Below are positions 16,549 through 25,990 of a stretch of 64,000 nt of DNA, in pieces. Below the pieces are notes generated by a model. It searched no databases and was not told the origin of the DNA. It saw only the letters and a list, made by a program, of their open reading frames with translations. Numbering within the stretch: position 1 is the first letter of the stretch; the number at the start of each line of letters is the position of its first letter. The position numbers and the translations under genes were made by a program. The DNA is from Alphaproteobacteria bacterium (GTDB taxonomy: Bacteria > Pseudomonadota > Alphaproteobacteria > RF32 > CAG-239): assembly GCA_017484225.1 (NCBI GenBank), contig JAFUTN010000003.1, positions 4,851 to 68,850 of the forward strand. Reading direction: 5' to 3'.

Positions 16549-17787
16549 TTATTTTTTTTGAATCCACTGCCTTATTTCATCATCAGCAATATGCGAATAA
16601 ACCTCATTTAAATAGGCATCTATTAAGATTTGTTTTGCTTCATCATAAGGGATACCGCGTGATTGCATATAAAAAAGCTGGTTTTTATCTAAATCACCGC
16701 TCGTGGCTCCGTGCGAACATTTTACGTCATCTGCAAAAATTTCCAGTTCCGGTTTACAGTCAACCACTGCATCATCACTCAGCAACAAAGCTTGGTGCAA
16801 CTGGTATCCTTGAGTTTTTTGCGCATCAGGAGCAATATGAATCTGTCCCTGAAAAACACCTTTTGAATTCCCGCTCAAAACACCTTTGACCAGTTGATTT
16901 GAAACTGTATGCTCGGCTAAATGACGGATATTGGTAGTAATATCGCTATGTCCGTTATTTTGTAATTTATATACGGCATCAACCTTTGCCTCGGCACCTT
17001 CTTCCAAGAGCTTTACATAAGTTTCATTACGAGCAAAAATGCACTCATTCTGATGGCAAAAAGAGGTATATGTTCCGTTTTGTTTAACATTTACGCAATT
17101 AAGCGCGATATGGTGTGCTTTTGCAGATTCGTTTTGTTTTTTATAGTGCCGGAAATGTGCATTGCGACCAATATAAATTTCATTAACCGTATTACAAAAA
17201 TATTGCCCGTCTTTTTCGGAATTAAAGTCTTCAATAAGCACAATATTTGCATCACTTTCTACCACAAATATGTTGCGGATATTGCAAAATATATTTTTTT
17301 CGGCATGATTGTGATAGTTCAGATAAATCGGTTTATCCGCACAAAATCCACGCTCAACACACACAAATAAACCTTGCTCCAAATATGCGGTATTTAGTGC
17401 GGCAAACGGAAACAAATTCATATCAAAACTTTTGTTCAAATAATTTTTAACATCACCGTCATAAATTGCTTCCGCAAGAGATTTCACCAAAATACCTTCA
17501 GGAAAATCAAAATGATGACCGGAAACATTCCCGTTGCAAATTTTCAGCCGGTAGGCATCAAAAGGTAAATCTTGTTTTTCATGACAATGGCAATCTTCCC
17601 CGCATATATGTTCAGACACATCAGCCTGCAGAATACCCAAGTCTTCCGGCTGAAAATAAGAATATTTCCATGCTTCGGTTTTTATTGTCGGGAATCCTTG
17701 TTCGGCAAAAGAAATTTTTCCTTTGTCACGAAGTCCGGCCAACGAAGGAATATCCTCACCCCACAAATTTTTTACAAAAAAATCCAT
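16549..17787 (-). CDS. sufD: Fe-S cluster assembly protein SufD
   Basis: 412 aa. It sits after sufC, with the SufB/D-type C-terminal beta-helix sequence (..CSHGATSGDLDKNQLFYMQSRGI..). Confidence 0.9.
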   Translation of the reverse strand: MDFFVKNLWGEDIPSLAGLRDKGKISFAEQGFPTIKTEAWKYSYFQPEDLGILQADVSEHICGEDCHCHEKQDLPFDAYRLKICNGNVSGHHFDFPEGILVKSLAEAIYDGDVKNYLNKSFDMNLFPFAALNTAYLEQGLFVCVERGFCADKPIYLNYHNHAEKNIFCNIRNIFVVESDANIVLIEDFNSEKDGQYFCNTVNEIYIGRNAHFRHYKKQNESAKAHHIALNCVNVKQNGTYTSFCHQNECIFARNETYVKLLEEGAEAKVDAVYKLQNNGHSDITTNIRHLAEHTVSNQLVKGVLSGNSKGVFQGQIHIAPDAQKTQGYQLHQALLLSDDAVVDCKPELEIFADDVKCSHGATSGDLDKNQLFYMQSRGIPYDEAKQILIDAYLNEVYSHIADDEIRQWIQKK

Positions 17788-18551
17788 TATTCCACCGCCT
17801 GCAAAAATTCGCCATATCCGTTTTTTTCCACAATTTCCGCTAACTCTTTTCCTCCGGACTTGATAATACGTCCGTCTGCATAAATATGCACAAAATCAGG
17901 ATTGATGTAGTCAAGCAAATTGATATGGTGAGTTATTATCAACAGCGAATTATGTTGATTACGCAAAGAATTTACGCCTTCGGCAACCATTTTAAGAGCA
18001 TCAATATCCAATCCGGAATCAGCTTCGTCCAAAATAGCCAAACTCGGTTGCAATAAGCTCATTTGCAAAGTTTCCAAACGTTTTTTTTCACCTCCGGAAA
18101 AACCGACATTTAATTCTCGCTTCAGCATTTCCGGAGCAATGTTCAACTTTTTGGCTTCAGATTTCAAAAGTTTTAAAAATTCGGCGGCATCAAGCTCTTT
18201 TTCTCCGCGATATTTGCGAACGGCATTCACCGCATGCTTCAAAAAATTATTAACACTCACACCGGAAATTTCTACCGGATATTGCATACACAAAAAAATA
18301 CCTTCGCCGGCGCGTTCTTCAGGTTTTAACTCTAACAAATTTTTGCCTTTAAATTCTATTGTTCCACCGGTAATTTCATAACCGAATTTTCCGGTCAAAA
18401 CATTAGATAATGTGGATTTTCCGGCTCCGTTCGGTCCCATAATTGCATGGACTTCACCCTCGTTTACGGTAAGAGACAAATTTTTCAAAATTTGTTTTTC
18501 GGCAACTCCGGCACACAAATCGGTAATTTTCAGCAACTGTTCCGACATCAC
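17787..18551 (-). CDS. sufC: Fe-S cluster assembly ATPase SufC
   Basis: 254 aa. Walker A GPNGAGKST, ABC signature FSGGEKKR and Walker B AILDEADSGLD. Confidence 0.95.
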   Translation of the reverse strand: MMSEQLLKITDLCAGVAEKQILKNLSLTVNEGEVHAIMGPNGAGKSTLSNVLTGKFGYEITGGTIEFKGKNLLELKPEERAGEGIFLCMQYPVEISGVSVNNFLKHAVNAVRKYRGEKELDAAEFLKLLKSEAKKLNIAPEMLKRELNVGFSGGEKKRLETLQMSLLQPSLAILDEADSGLDIDALKMVAEGVNSLRNQHNSLLIITHHINLLDYINPDFVHIYADGRIIKSGGKELAEIVEKNGYGEFLQAVE

Positions 18552-18835
18552 TTATTCCCTTTTTCAAAATCTTCCAAACGCTTTGCAATCATTTTAATTT
18601 TCTCGGCTTTATAATCGGCAACTTTCTGCTCAATACCGTAACAACACTTAAGTTGCCCTAACATTATTTCAACATCTGCCGTTTCTTCCACCAATTCGGC
18701 AATATTTTCTTTTTTGCGGTTGATATTTTTCAAAATTTCTTTGGTCAGTTCGGCCATTTCTTCAATAACCTGCATCATTTGCGGTTCTTTTCCCCAATCT
18801 TTCAATGCACGTTTATACAATTCCTTTTCAGTCAT
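18548..18835 (-). CDS. Small MazG-like nucleotide pyrophosphohydrolase-fold protein embedded in the suf operon
   Basis: 95 aa. [10 protein letters not shown] ... [10 protein letters not shown] is the EExxE...ExxD pattern of MazG-type all-alpha NTP-PPases. It overlaps sufB and sufC by 4 nt on each side. Confidence 0.55.
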   Translation of the reverse strand: MTEKELYKRALKDWGKEPQMMQVIEEMAELTKEILKNINRKKENIAELVEETADVEIMLGQLKCCYGIEQKVADYKAEKIKMIAKRLEDFEKGNK

Positions 18836-20274
18836 CCTACACTCCCTTCCAGACTGATATTTATCAGTTTTGCCGCTTCTATGGCAAATTCCATCGGCAA
18901 ATGCTGCATAACTTCTTTACAAAAACCGTTTACAATCAATCCGACGGCTTCTTCTTCCGTTAAACCGCGTTGCAAACAATAAAACAGTTGTTCTTCGCTT
19001 ATTTTAGATGTTGTGGCCTCATGCTCCAAAACAGCACTCTTATTGGCATTTTCCACATAAGGAACCGTATGAGAACCACATGAAGAACCTATCAGCAAGC
19101 TGTCACATTGCGAATAATTGCGTGCATTATCCGCACCTTTTGCCACTTTTACCAAACCACGGTATGTTTGATTTGAAAATCCGGCAGAAATCCCTTTGGA
19201 GATAATTTTGGATTTTGTATTTTTTCCCAAATGTATCATTTTTGTTCCGGTATCTGCCTGCTGATGATTATTGGTTATGGCCACGGAATAAAATTCTCCC
19301 GAAGAATTGTCTCCGGCTAAAACGCAAGACGGATATTTCCATGTCACCGCCGAACCCGTTTCCACCTGAGTCCACGAAACTTTGGCATTTTTTCCCTTGC
19401 ACAGTGCGCGTTTTGTCACAAAATTATAGACACCGCCCTTGCCTTCTTTATCTCCGGGATACCAGTTCTGCACAGTTGAATATTTTACTTCGGCATTATT
19501 CATTACAACAATTTCCACAATCGCCGCATGCAGCTGATTTTCATCTCTCTGCGGAGCCGTGCAGCCCTCTAAATAAGAAACATACGCATCATCTTCCGCA
19601 ATAATCAAAGTGCGCTCAAACTGTCCGGTATTTTTGGCATTTATCCTAAAATATGTGGAAAGTTCCATCGGACAAACAACACCTTTGGGAATATAAACAA
19701 AAGAACCATCTGTAAATACTGCCGAATTTAAGCAAGCAAAAAAATTATCGGTATACGGCACAACAGAGCCTAAATATTTTTGCACTAAATCCGGATGATT
19801 CTGCACAGCCTCGGAAACAGAACAAAAAATAACTCCTTTTTCCGCTAATTTTGCCCGATACGTAGTTGCCACCGATACACTGTCAAAAACGGCATCAACC
19901 GCTACTCCGGCCAAAACTTCCTGCTCCTTGAGGGGAATACCTAATTTATTATATGTATCTAAGAGCTTGGTATCAACTTCATCAAGGCTTTTCGGTTTTG
20001 CCTTCTGCACCGGAGCAGAATAATACTGCAAACTTTGGTAATCAACTTTGTCATACGAAAGTTTTGCCCATTCAGGCTCAACCATTGTCAGCCAGTGGCG
20101 ATAAGCTTTCAGACGCTTTTCAAGCAACCATTCCGGTTCATTTTTTTTAGCCGAAATCATGCGGATTATATCTTCATTCAATCCGCAAGGAACACTTTCC
20201 GCTTCTATATCGGTAACAAATCCGTATTTATATTTGTCACCGCCGTTATCACTTATTTCAGGTCTATCAACCAT
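18832..20274 (-). CDS. sufB: Fe-S cluster assembly scaffold SufB
   Basis: 480 aa of typical SufB sequence (..[23 protein letters not shown].., ..[11 protein letters not shown]..). Confidence 0.95.
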   Translation of the reverse strand: MVDRPEISDNGGDKYKYGFVTDIEAESVPCGLNEDIIRMISAKKNEPEWLLEKRLKAYRHWLTMVEPEWAKLSYDKVDYQSLQYYSAPVQKAKPKSLDEVDTKLLDTYNKLGIPLKEQEVLAGVAVDAVFDSVSVATTYRAKLAEKGVIFCSVSEAVQNHPDLVQKYLGSVVPYTDNFFACLNSAVFTDGSFVYIPKGVVCPMELSTYFRINAKNTGQFERTLIIAEDDAYVSYLEGCTAPQRDENQLHAAIVEIVVMNNAEVKYSTVQNWYPGDKEGKGGVYNFVTKRALCKGKNAKVSWTQVETGSAVTWKYPSCVLAGDNSSGEFYSVAITNNHQQADTGTKMIHLGKNTKSKIISKGISAGFSNQTYRGLVKVAKGADNARNYSQCDSLLIGSSCGSHTVPYVENANKSAVLEHEATTSKISEEQLFYCLQRGLTEEEAVGLIVNGFCKEVMQHLPMEFAIEAAKLINISLEGSVG

Positions 20275-20331
20275 TATTTCACCTTATTTTAACTATGGCG
20301 ATATAATACATTTTCGGTGCCAAAATGCAAG

Positions 20332-20366
20332 AAAAAACCGCCGGCGGTTTTTATCCCTGCCGGCGG
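20332..20366 (-). terminator. Rho-independent terminator after tsf
   Basis: On the minus strand: CCGCCGGC ... GCCGGCGG stem followed by T6 (A6 at 20332-20337 on the + strand), 17 nt downstream of the tsf stop. Confidence 0.7.
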
Positions 20367-20382
20367 ATTTATCCGTTAGTTA

Positions 20383-21306
20383 TTATTTTCCTAATTGAGC
20401 TGCAACTTCAGAGGCAAAATCTTCCTCTTTCTTTTGCAAACCGTCACCCAATTTGAAGAAAGCATATTCAACCAATTTAATATCGGTGCCGGCATCTTTT
20501 GCGGCTTCGGCAATAACAGCCTTAACTTTTTTATCCGGATCCATAATGAAAGCTTGTTCTTCCAAAACAACTTCTTCATAAAACTTACGAACACGGCCTT
20601 CAACCATTTTTTCAATAATGTTAGCCGGTTTTCCCGATGCGGCAGCTTGCTCGGCAAAAATGCTCTTTTCGTGTTCAACAGCTTCTTTGGAAACACCTTC
20701 AATATTCAAAGCAATCGGAGCAGATGCGGCAATATGCATGGCAATATGTTTACCCAACTCTGCCAATTTTGCTTTATCCGCAGAAGATTCCAAGGCAACC
20801 AATACACCGATTTTACCCAAACCTTCACGAACTGCATTATGAATATAAGAACAAACCAAACCGTTGTTAACACTGATAACTTTTGCACGGCGCAAATTCA
20901 TATTTTCGCCGATTTTTGCAATCATATCCGTCAAGCGTTCACCAAAAGTTTTGCCGTCAGAACCTTTAACTTCTTTCATTGCTTCAACATCACCGTTTGC
21001 CTTAAGGGCAACTTTGGCGGCATCTTCAACATAAGCTTGGAAAATTTCGTTTTTAGCAACAAAGTCTGTTTCGGAATTAACTTCAACAACAGCACCTTTA
21101 TTTCCGTCTATTGCAACGGCAACCAAACCTTCAGCAGCAATACGGCTGGATTTTTTTGCAGCCGAAGCCAAACCTTTTTTGCGCAACCAGTCAACAGCTT
21201 GTTCCATATTTCCATCAGCTTCAACCAAAGCTTTTTTACAATCCAACATTCCTGCGCCGGTTGTCTCTCTTAATTCTTTCACCATAGCGGCTGTAATATT
21301 TGCCAT
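20383..21306 (-). CDS. tsf: Elongation factor Ts
   Basis: 307 aa. N-terminal ITAAMVKELRETTGAGMLDCKKAL, sitting downstream of rpsB. Confidence 0.97.
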   Translation of the reverse strand: MANITAAMVKELRETTGAGMLDCKKALVEADGNMEQAVDWLRKKGLASAAKKSSRIAAEGLVAVAIDGNKGAVVEVNSETDFVAKNEIFQAYVEDAAKVALKANGDVEAMKEVKGSDGKTFGERLTDMIAKIGENMNLRRAKVISVNNGLVCSYIHNAVREGLGKIGVLVALESSADKAKLAELGKHIAMHIAASAPIALNIEGVSKEAVEHEKSIFAEQAAASGKPANIIEKMVEGRVRKFYEEVVLEEQAFIMDPDKKVKAVIAEAAKDAGTDIKLVEYAFFKLGDGLQKKEEDFASEVAAQLGK

Positions 21307-21353
21307 CTTTAAATTTCCTCTATTTTAGATTAAAACTCTTGTTTTTTTAAGCA

Positions 21354-21371
21354 GGGCGGAAGAATCCGCCC
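21354..21371 (-). promoter_or_regulatory. Intercistronic stem-loop between rpsB and tsf
   Basis: GGGCGGA-AGAA-TCCGCCC perfect 7-bp stem. There is no U-tract in the sense (minus) orientation, so it is more likely an attenuator or processing hairpin than a full terminator. Confidence 0.4.
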
Positions 21372-21396
21372 GTTTTTATTTTTCTACAAAATCAGC

Positions 21397-22214
21397 TTAT
21401 TCGGCAGAAGCTTCTTCAGCTGTTTCTGTTTTTGCTTTGCGTCCTCTTTTTTTCGGAGCTGTTTCGGATGCGGCTTCAACAATCTCTTCTGCATCAGATA
21501 CTTCTAAACCTTTAGCAGCTATTTCAGCCTGCATACCGTCCAAAATTGCGCCGGACATCAATTCACAATAGAACTGAATGGCGCGAATGGCGTCATCATT
21601 GCCCGGAACAGGAAAATCAACTTCGTTAGGGTTTGCATTGGTATCAATAATACCAACAACAGGAATACCCAACTTTTTTGCTTCCTTAATAGCCAATGAT
21701 TCTTTCGGTGTGTCAATAACGAACAACATATCCGGTTGACCACCCATATTTTTGATACCATCCAAAGTTACAGCCAATTTCTCACGCTCTTTTTTTTCAG
21801 ATTCAAAATTTCTTTTTTTGTGTATCCTTCATAAGCGTTTTTTTCTTCCATTTCGTTAAGCTTGTTCAAACGGCTGATTGACTTATACACTGTTTTCCAG
21901 TTTGTCAACATACCGCCGAGCCAACGATAATTAACATAGTATTGACCGCATCTTTCAGCGCTTTCTTTAACAATATCCTGAGCTTGACGCTTTGTAGCAA
22001 CAAACAAAACCTTACCGCCGTTAGCTGCAACATCACGAGCAGCATTAAGTGCGTTATAAAGCATCGGGTATGTTTTTTGCAAGTCAATAATGTGAATATT
22101 GTCTTTTTTTCCGTAAATATACGGAGCCATTTGCGGATTCCAACGACGAGCGTGGTGTCCGAAGTGCACGCCAGCTTCAACCATCTGACGCAAAGTAAAT
22201 GTAGGAAGTGTCAT
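21397..22214 (-). CDS. rpsB: 30S ribosomal protein S2, reading frame broken by a 1-nt shift in an A8 run
   Basis: The N-terminal 148-aa ORF (21768-22214) and the C-terminal 126-aa ORF (21397-21777) together make a complete S2. The frames meet at coding-strand A8 (21790-21797). A9 would read ..[22 protein letters not shown].. continuously. Confidence 0.9.
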
Positions 22215-22318
22215 ATTTATATATCCTTCTTTTTTCCGGTTAAACCTCCGCAGAAACTCGGCCTTTCGGCACCGGAGCGAAAAACTTTTCAGCCTTCCGC
22301 CTGTCTGCGTGTGTAATT

Positions 22319-22344
22319 ACGAAACCGCACCATTGCGATTTCGT
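22319..22344 (-). promoter_or_regulatory. Stable hairpin at the 5' end of the rpsB leader
   Basis: RNA sense: ACGAAATCGCA-ATGG-TGCGGTTTCGT, 11 bp including one G-U pair. It lies about 10 nt downstream of a plausible TTGATT-N16/17-TAAAAA promoter and about 105 nt upstream of the rpsB ATG. Confidence 0.4.
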
Positions 22345-22403
22345 GCTAATTTTTATCATAACTTTATAAAAAATCAAGCATTTTTTTGCAAAGATTTTTT
22401 GTT

Positions 22404-23126
22404 TTATTCAAATATCCACTCAATCCAATTTTCATTGTCATCAGAAGTCAATTCATCTGCTTCTTGTATAGTGTATCTTGTTCTATATACCGGTATTTCT
22501 TTAACAAAATTTCCCATATTCAGCAACGAAGAAACATAAGTTCTACAACTATCCTCAGAACAAGAATTTATTATTTCATCTTTACAGTCCGCAGCATTTT
22601 TTTCCAAACAATAAATATTGGATTCCGGTGATATTGTTGTATTATTAAACAAATTTGCCATATAGTTTACAGCTCCGGATAAAATAATATCTCCTGAAAT
22701 GTTATTACCCTTAAACACTTCCCGATCTATTCCGTTAAGTTGTATTTGACCTTCTTTTCCTACAATATTTGCACCCAATCCCAAAAAAGCATAAGCTCCT
22801 ACGCTAAAATCACCGTCAATAACTACCGTTTTAACGGTTATTTCTCCATTTCCACTCGGAAATGTCTTTTTGCTGGTATCCGTTTGATAGGAAAACGGCA
22901 TAAATGCACCCGCTTTTATTGTTGCATTTTCTCCTGTTGCCTTAACGGTCAAGGTTTCTGTTTCCAAATCATAACTGTAAGTGCAACCTGTGCCGCAATT
23001 ATTTTCAATATCCGGTTTCCATTCATTGCACGAAACGGCATAACCGTCGTAGCATTCAACCGCCTCTGCCGTTTGAAAATTAAACATTACAAAAACAAAA
23101 AATATAAAAAACTTCATAACAAACAT
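22404..23126 (-). CDS. Secreted Cys-rich repeat protein, paralog 4 (most divergent family member)
   Basis: 240 aa. Signal peptide, divergent repeat core, and C-terminus RTRYTIQEADELTSDDNENWIEWIFE. The likely start is the second ATG at 23117. Confidence 0.8.
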   Translation of the reverse strand: MFVMKFFIFFVFVMFNFQTAEAVECYDGYAVSCNEWKPDIENNCGTGCTYSYDLETETLTVKATGENATIKAGAFMPFSYQTDTSKKTFPSGNGEITVKTVVIDGDFSVGAYAFLGLGANIVGKEGQIQLNGIDREVFKGNNISGDIILSGAVNYMANLFNNTTISPESNIYCLEKNAADCKDEIINSCSEDSCRTYVSSLLNMGNFVKEIPVYRTRYTIQEADELTSDDNENWIEWIFE

Positions 23127-23153
23127 CCTCTTTGGTTATTTTTCAAAACTATT

Positions 23154-23314
23154 AAAAAAACCACCTCAAATGGTGGGCGGATGTTAGTAAACCGTATATA
23201 CGCAAACGGCTCAACCTATTCGGTATAACCTTATTCAGCTGACATCCGCTCAAAGCAAATACCAGCAAAAAGCCGTTAAACAACGACTGCGTATATTCAG
23301 GGTTACTACGCCCT
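23154..23314 (-). promoter_or_regulatory. Structured leader RNA, copy 3 of the shared class, ending in an intrinsic terminator
   Basis: RNA sense: AGGGCGTAGTAACCCT ... GCGGATGTCAGCTGAATAAGGTTATACCGAATAGGTTGAGCC ... ACGGTTTACTAACATCCGCCC. Helices are ATATACGCA/TGCGTATAT and AGT-AACC/GGTT-T-ACT. Terminator is CCACC-ATTTGA-GGTGG-TTTTTTT. Confidence 0.8.
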
Positions 23315-23383
23315 AAAGTGGTTTTGTATCCCACTCTGCAAATATTCTAGCAAAAAAAGATTTTTTGTAAAGATTTTTTGTTT

Positions 23384-23665
23384 TCAAATTTTAATGAACT
23401 CACCGTTTTTTATCGGCGGAAAATAATTTTTGATTTCAGGTGCTTCTGTTATCTCGTCAACTCTGGCAAAAAGCGGACCGACAAAACAATAAGACTTAAA
23501 TAAATTAAGGCTGTTTTCTTCACCGCGGGCATAAATAAAAACATCTCCGGATACATCATTATGAATATATCCGAAAATACCGCCGATTTGTGCGGCTTTA
23601 TTAATAGCCCAACGACGGTATCCGACATGTTGAACACGTCCGCTTATTTTCCAGCAAACATCCAT
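23384..23665 (-). CDS. acyP: Acylphosphatase
   Basis: 93 aa with ISGRVQHVGYRRW and GYIHN..SGDV, the acylphosphatase signatures. Confidence 0.85.
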   Translation of the reverse strand: MDVCWKISGRVQHVGYRRWAINKAAQIGGIFGYIHNDVSGDVFIYARGEENSLNLFKSYCFVGPLFARVDEITEAPEIKNYFPPIKNGEFIKI

Positions 23666-24159
23666 TATTTTTTTAAGTATTCCTCTATTTCTTCAATATC
23701 TTTTTTAACCTGATTTCTGGCATAAAAAGACTTGCTTTCGGTTCCCCAAATTTCATTTTGATGAATTTCTTCCAAATAAGACAACTCAAAAGCCTCTTCC
23801 GCACTTATTTGTCCTTCTACCATAGCCAAAGCCAGAAGCGTTGATTTTAAACGAACGGAAATAAAATAAAAAGCCGTTAATTTTTTAATCGGAAGCCTGT
23901 CCATAACCGCTTCCATTTCATTGCGATATCTTTGGTTCCCCTCCGGAACGTCTAACTTATCGGTTTTTTCCAACTTAATATTAAATTTTTTGCTGAACCA
24001 AAACAAAACCGGCGCCCATTTTTCTTCTTGTATTTTTTTTATTTTGGTATCATCACTCCAAAACAAAAGAGTATCCGTAAAAGAAAAATCCACCAATTTC
24101 TGTATTACTTCTTCGCGGTTTTCCGCTATTTCTTTTTCTGCCTGTTTAAAGTCAATCAT
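23665..24159 (-). CDS. ATP12-family F1-ATPase assembly chaperone (short form)
   Basis: 164 aa. LKSTLLALAMVEGQISAEEAFELSYLEEIHQNEIWG matches the conserved C-terminal half of alphaproteobacterial ATP12 proteins. Confidence 0.55.
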   Translation of the reverse strand: MIDFKQAEKEIAENREEVIQKLVDFSFTDTLLFWSDDTKIKKIQEEKWAPVLFWFSKKFNIKLEKTDKLDVPEGNQRYRNEMEAVMDRLPIKKLTAFYFISVRLKSTLLALAMVEGQISAEEAFELSYLEEIHQNEIWGTESKSFYARNQVKKDIEEIEEYLKK

Positions 24160-24160
24160 T

Positions 24161-25990
24161 TTAATTTCCCGTCAAACCTTTTAACATTCCGCCAAGTTGA
24201 TTTTTTACGGCGTCTTTAGTATCCGTGCCTAAATTTTTAATATTTTTACCCAAGTTTTTTACGGCATCTTTGGTGTTGTTGTATTGGTCGGAAACAGTGT
24301 TTCTAACACCCTTAACCTCCGGAAAATAATTTGCGTATTCCGTTCCTTTTAATGCCGTATGACAAGGGCTTCCGTCTGCCGAAAGCATCATGTCTCCGAC
24401 ATTATACATTCCGGCTGTGGCAATAGCACCGACAACTGCTGTTGCAGTTTGTTTTTCATTTATACCAACTTTAGGATTTTGAAATGTGCCGTTTATTTTC
24501 AGCAAAGAACCTAAAATAGAAGAAATATTTGTATCGGTTATATTGCCGGAAAACGGTTGCAAACTCAAATTAATTTTATCGTTGTTCAAATTTATAGTTC
24601 CATCGGCAACCAAATAAAAGTCTTTAGCATCAACAACAATTCCTTTCGGGTATGTAACTTTTCCGCCGGCAACATCTCCGCGCATAACGGCACACTTTAA
24701 TTTCATATCGCTGTTACCTATTTTCAGCTGCAATTTATCTAAAATCTGCACAATTATATTACCGCGCAATTTATCAAGACTGGAAATTTTCATCACCGAA
24801 GAATCCGCAAGCAAAATAACCTGCCCGCTTGCATTTGAAATTAAGTGGTCTGTATCATTTCCCGAAGATTTCAAATTAAACAAAAAATTTGTTTTTCCGC
24901 CTTCTTTTATATAAAAAGACGGATTAGATGCACTGGCTATCGGAGTATAAAGTTGTTGGATAATAATATCATTACCTTTTAAATTAAGTGCTGCCGATTT
25001 TGTTGCGGCATTGGCATCTATCATACCGGAAATTTTTCCGGAACCGGCACCGATATTCTTAAAATTTACGCTCAAAACTCCGTTTTTAACCGTTATTACA
25101 CTGTCAATATCCGTCAATTTAACATCACTGTTTACAATTAACTGTTTTATTTTCAGGACAACATCTGCATTAACCATTTTCAAATAATCAAACGGAACCG
25201 GTGTATTTTTAATCAGCTCGGAAGCATCTGCTTTTGAAACTAAAGCACCGGATATGCTTGCAGACTGCTGTTCCCCGAAATCGGCAATGTTTATATTATT
25301 GCTGTTGGCACTCAGCTTAACATAAGGTATTTTGTTTGCCATACTCACATAAACATCACCGTTTATTACGTTCTTTTTATATTCTACCTTATAGTTTCCG
25401 GTTGCTTTCATATCCTTATCTAAATCAGTAATTTTTCCTTTGTAGTCAACAGTATAACCCATAGCATTGACAACTATATCTGCTTCAACTTCGCTGAAAT
25501 TACTTTCCATTAATTTTTTCAGCGAGGATATTGTTCCTTTTGCTTTAATGTTTGTGCCGGAAACATCTGTATCTATATCAACATTAATAGGCGAATCATA
25601 CGATTCCATGCTCACATCCAAATTATTGATTTCTGCATAATCCGTTGCCGAATAATATATTTTTGTATTATCAGTTTGAACGGTATCAACCACAAATTCT
25701 TTTGCCAAGAGCGGTTTAATGGAAAATTGCACCAGTGCGGCTCCGATTTGTGCAATCGGATTTTTTGTTTCTTGGTCGGAAACAGAAACGTCGGCTATTT
25801 CTATGCTCGGTTTCAGTGATATTCCTATTTTCATATCACCGTTTATTTTTGCATCAACTTTGGCATATTTTGCCACCAACTTTTCTATTTCAGGCTTGTA
25901 ATTGTTTATATCAACAAAATATATGGCGGCAATCAAAGCCACAATCGGTAAAATAATTATTACGCTTAAAACTATCAAAAATTTTTTCAT
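24161..25990 (-). CDS. AsmA family protein
   Basis: 609 aa. N-terminal anchor plus YFVDINNYKPEIEKLV, typical of AsmA, followed by a long beta-rich body. Confidence 0.75.
   Translation of the reverse strand: MKKFLIVLSVIIILPIVALIAAIYFVDINNYKPEIEKLVAKYAKVDAKINGDMKIGISLKPSIEIADVSVSDQETKNPIAQIGAALVQFSIKPLLAKEFVVDTVQTDNTKIYYSATDYAEINNLDVSMESYDSPINVDIDTDVSGTNIKAKGTISSLKKLMESNFSEVEADIVVNAMGYTVDYKGKITDLDKDMKATGNYKVEYKKNVINGDVYVSMANKIPYVKLSANSNNINIADFGEQQSASISGALVSKADASELIKNTPVPFDYLKMVNADVVLKIKQLIVNSDVKLTDIDSVITVKNGVLSVNFKNIGAGSGKISGMIDANAATKSAALNLKGNDIIIQQLYTPIASASNPSFYIKEGGKTNFLFNLKSSGNDTDHLISNASGQVILLADSSVMKISSLDKLRGNIIVQILDKLQLKIGNSDMKLKCAVMRGDVAGGKVTYPKGIVVDAKDFYLVADGTINLNNDKINLSLQPFSGNITDTNISSILGSLLKINGTFQNPKVGINEKQTATAVVGAIATAGMYNVGDMMLSADGSPCHTALKGTEYANYFPEVKGVRNTVSDQYNNTKDAVKNLGKNIKNLGTDTKDAVKNQLGGMLKGLTGN

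Noticed and set aside
20395-21273. 292-aa ORF on the plus strand.
   Set aside because: It lies entirely antisense to tsf, whose EF-Ts identity is unambiguous. Its Phe/Asn-rich, low-complexity translation is typical of a shadow ORF in AT-rich DNA.
21354-21371. The GGGCGGA-AGAA-TCCGCCC hairpin as a plus-strand terminator (it is followed by GTTTTTATTTTT on the plus strand).
   Set aside because: No plus-strand gene ends nearby. It lies between the co-oriented minus-strand genes rpsB and tsf, so it was kept only as an intercistronic stem-loop.
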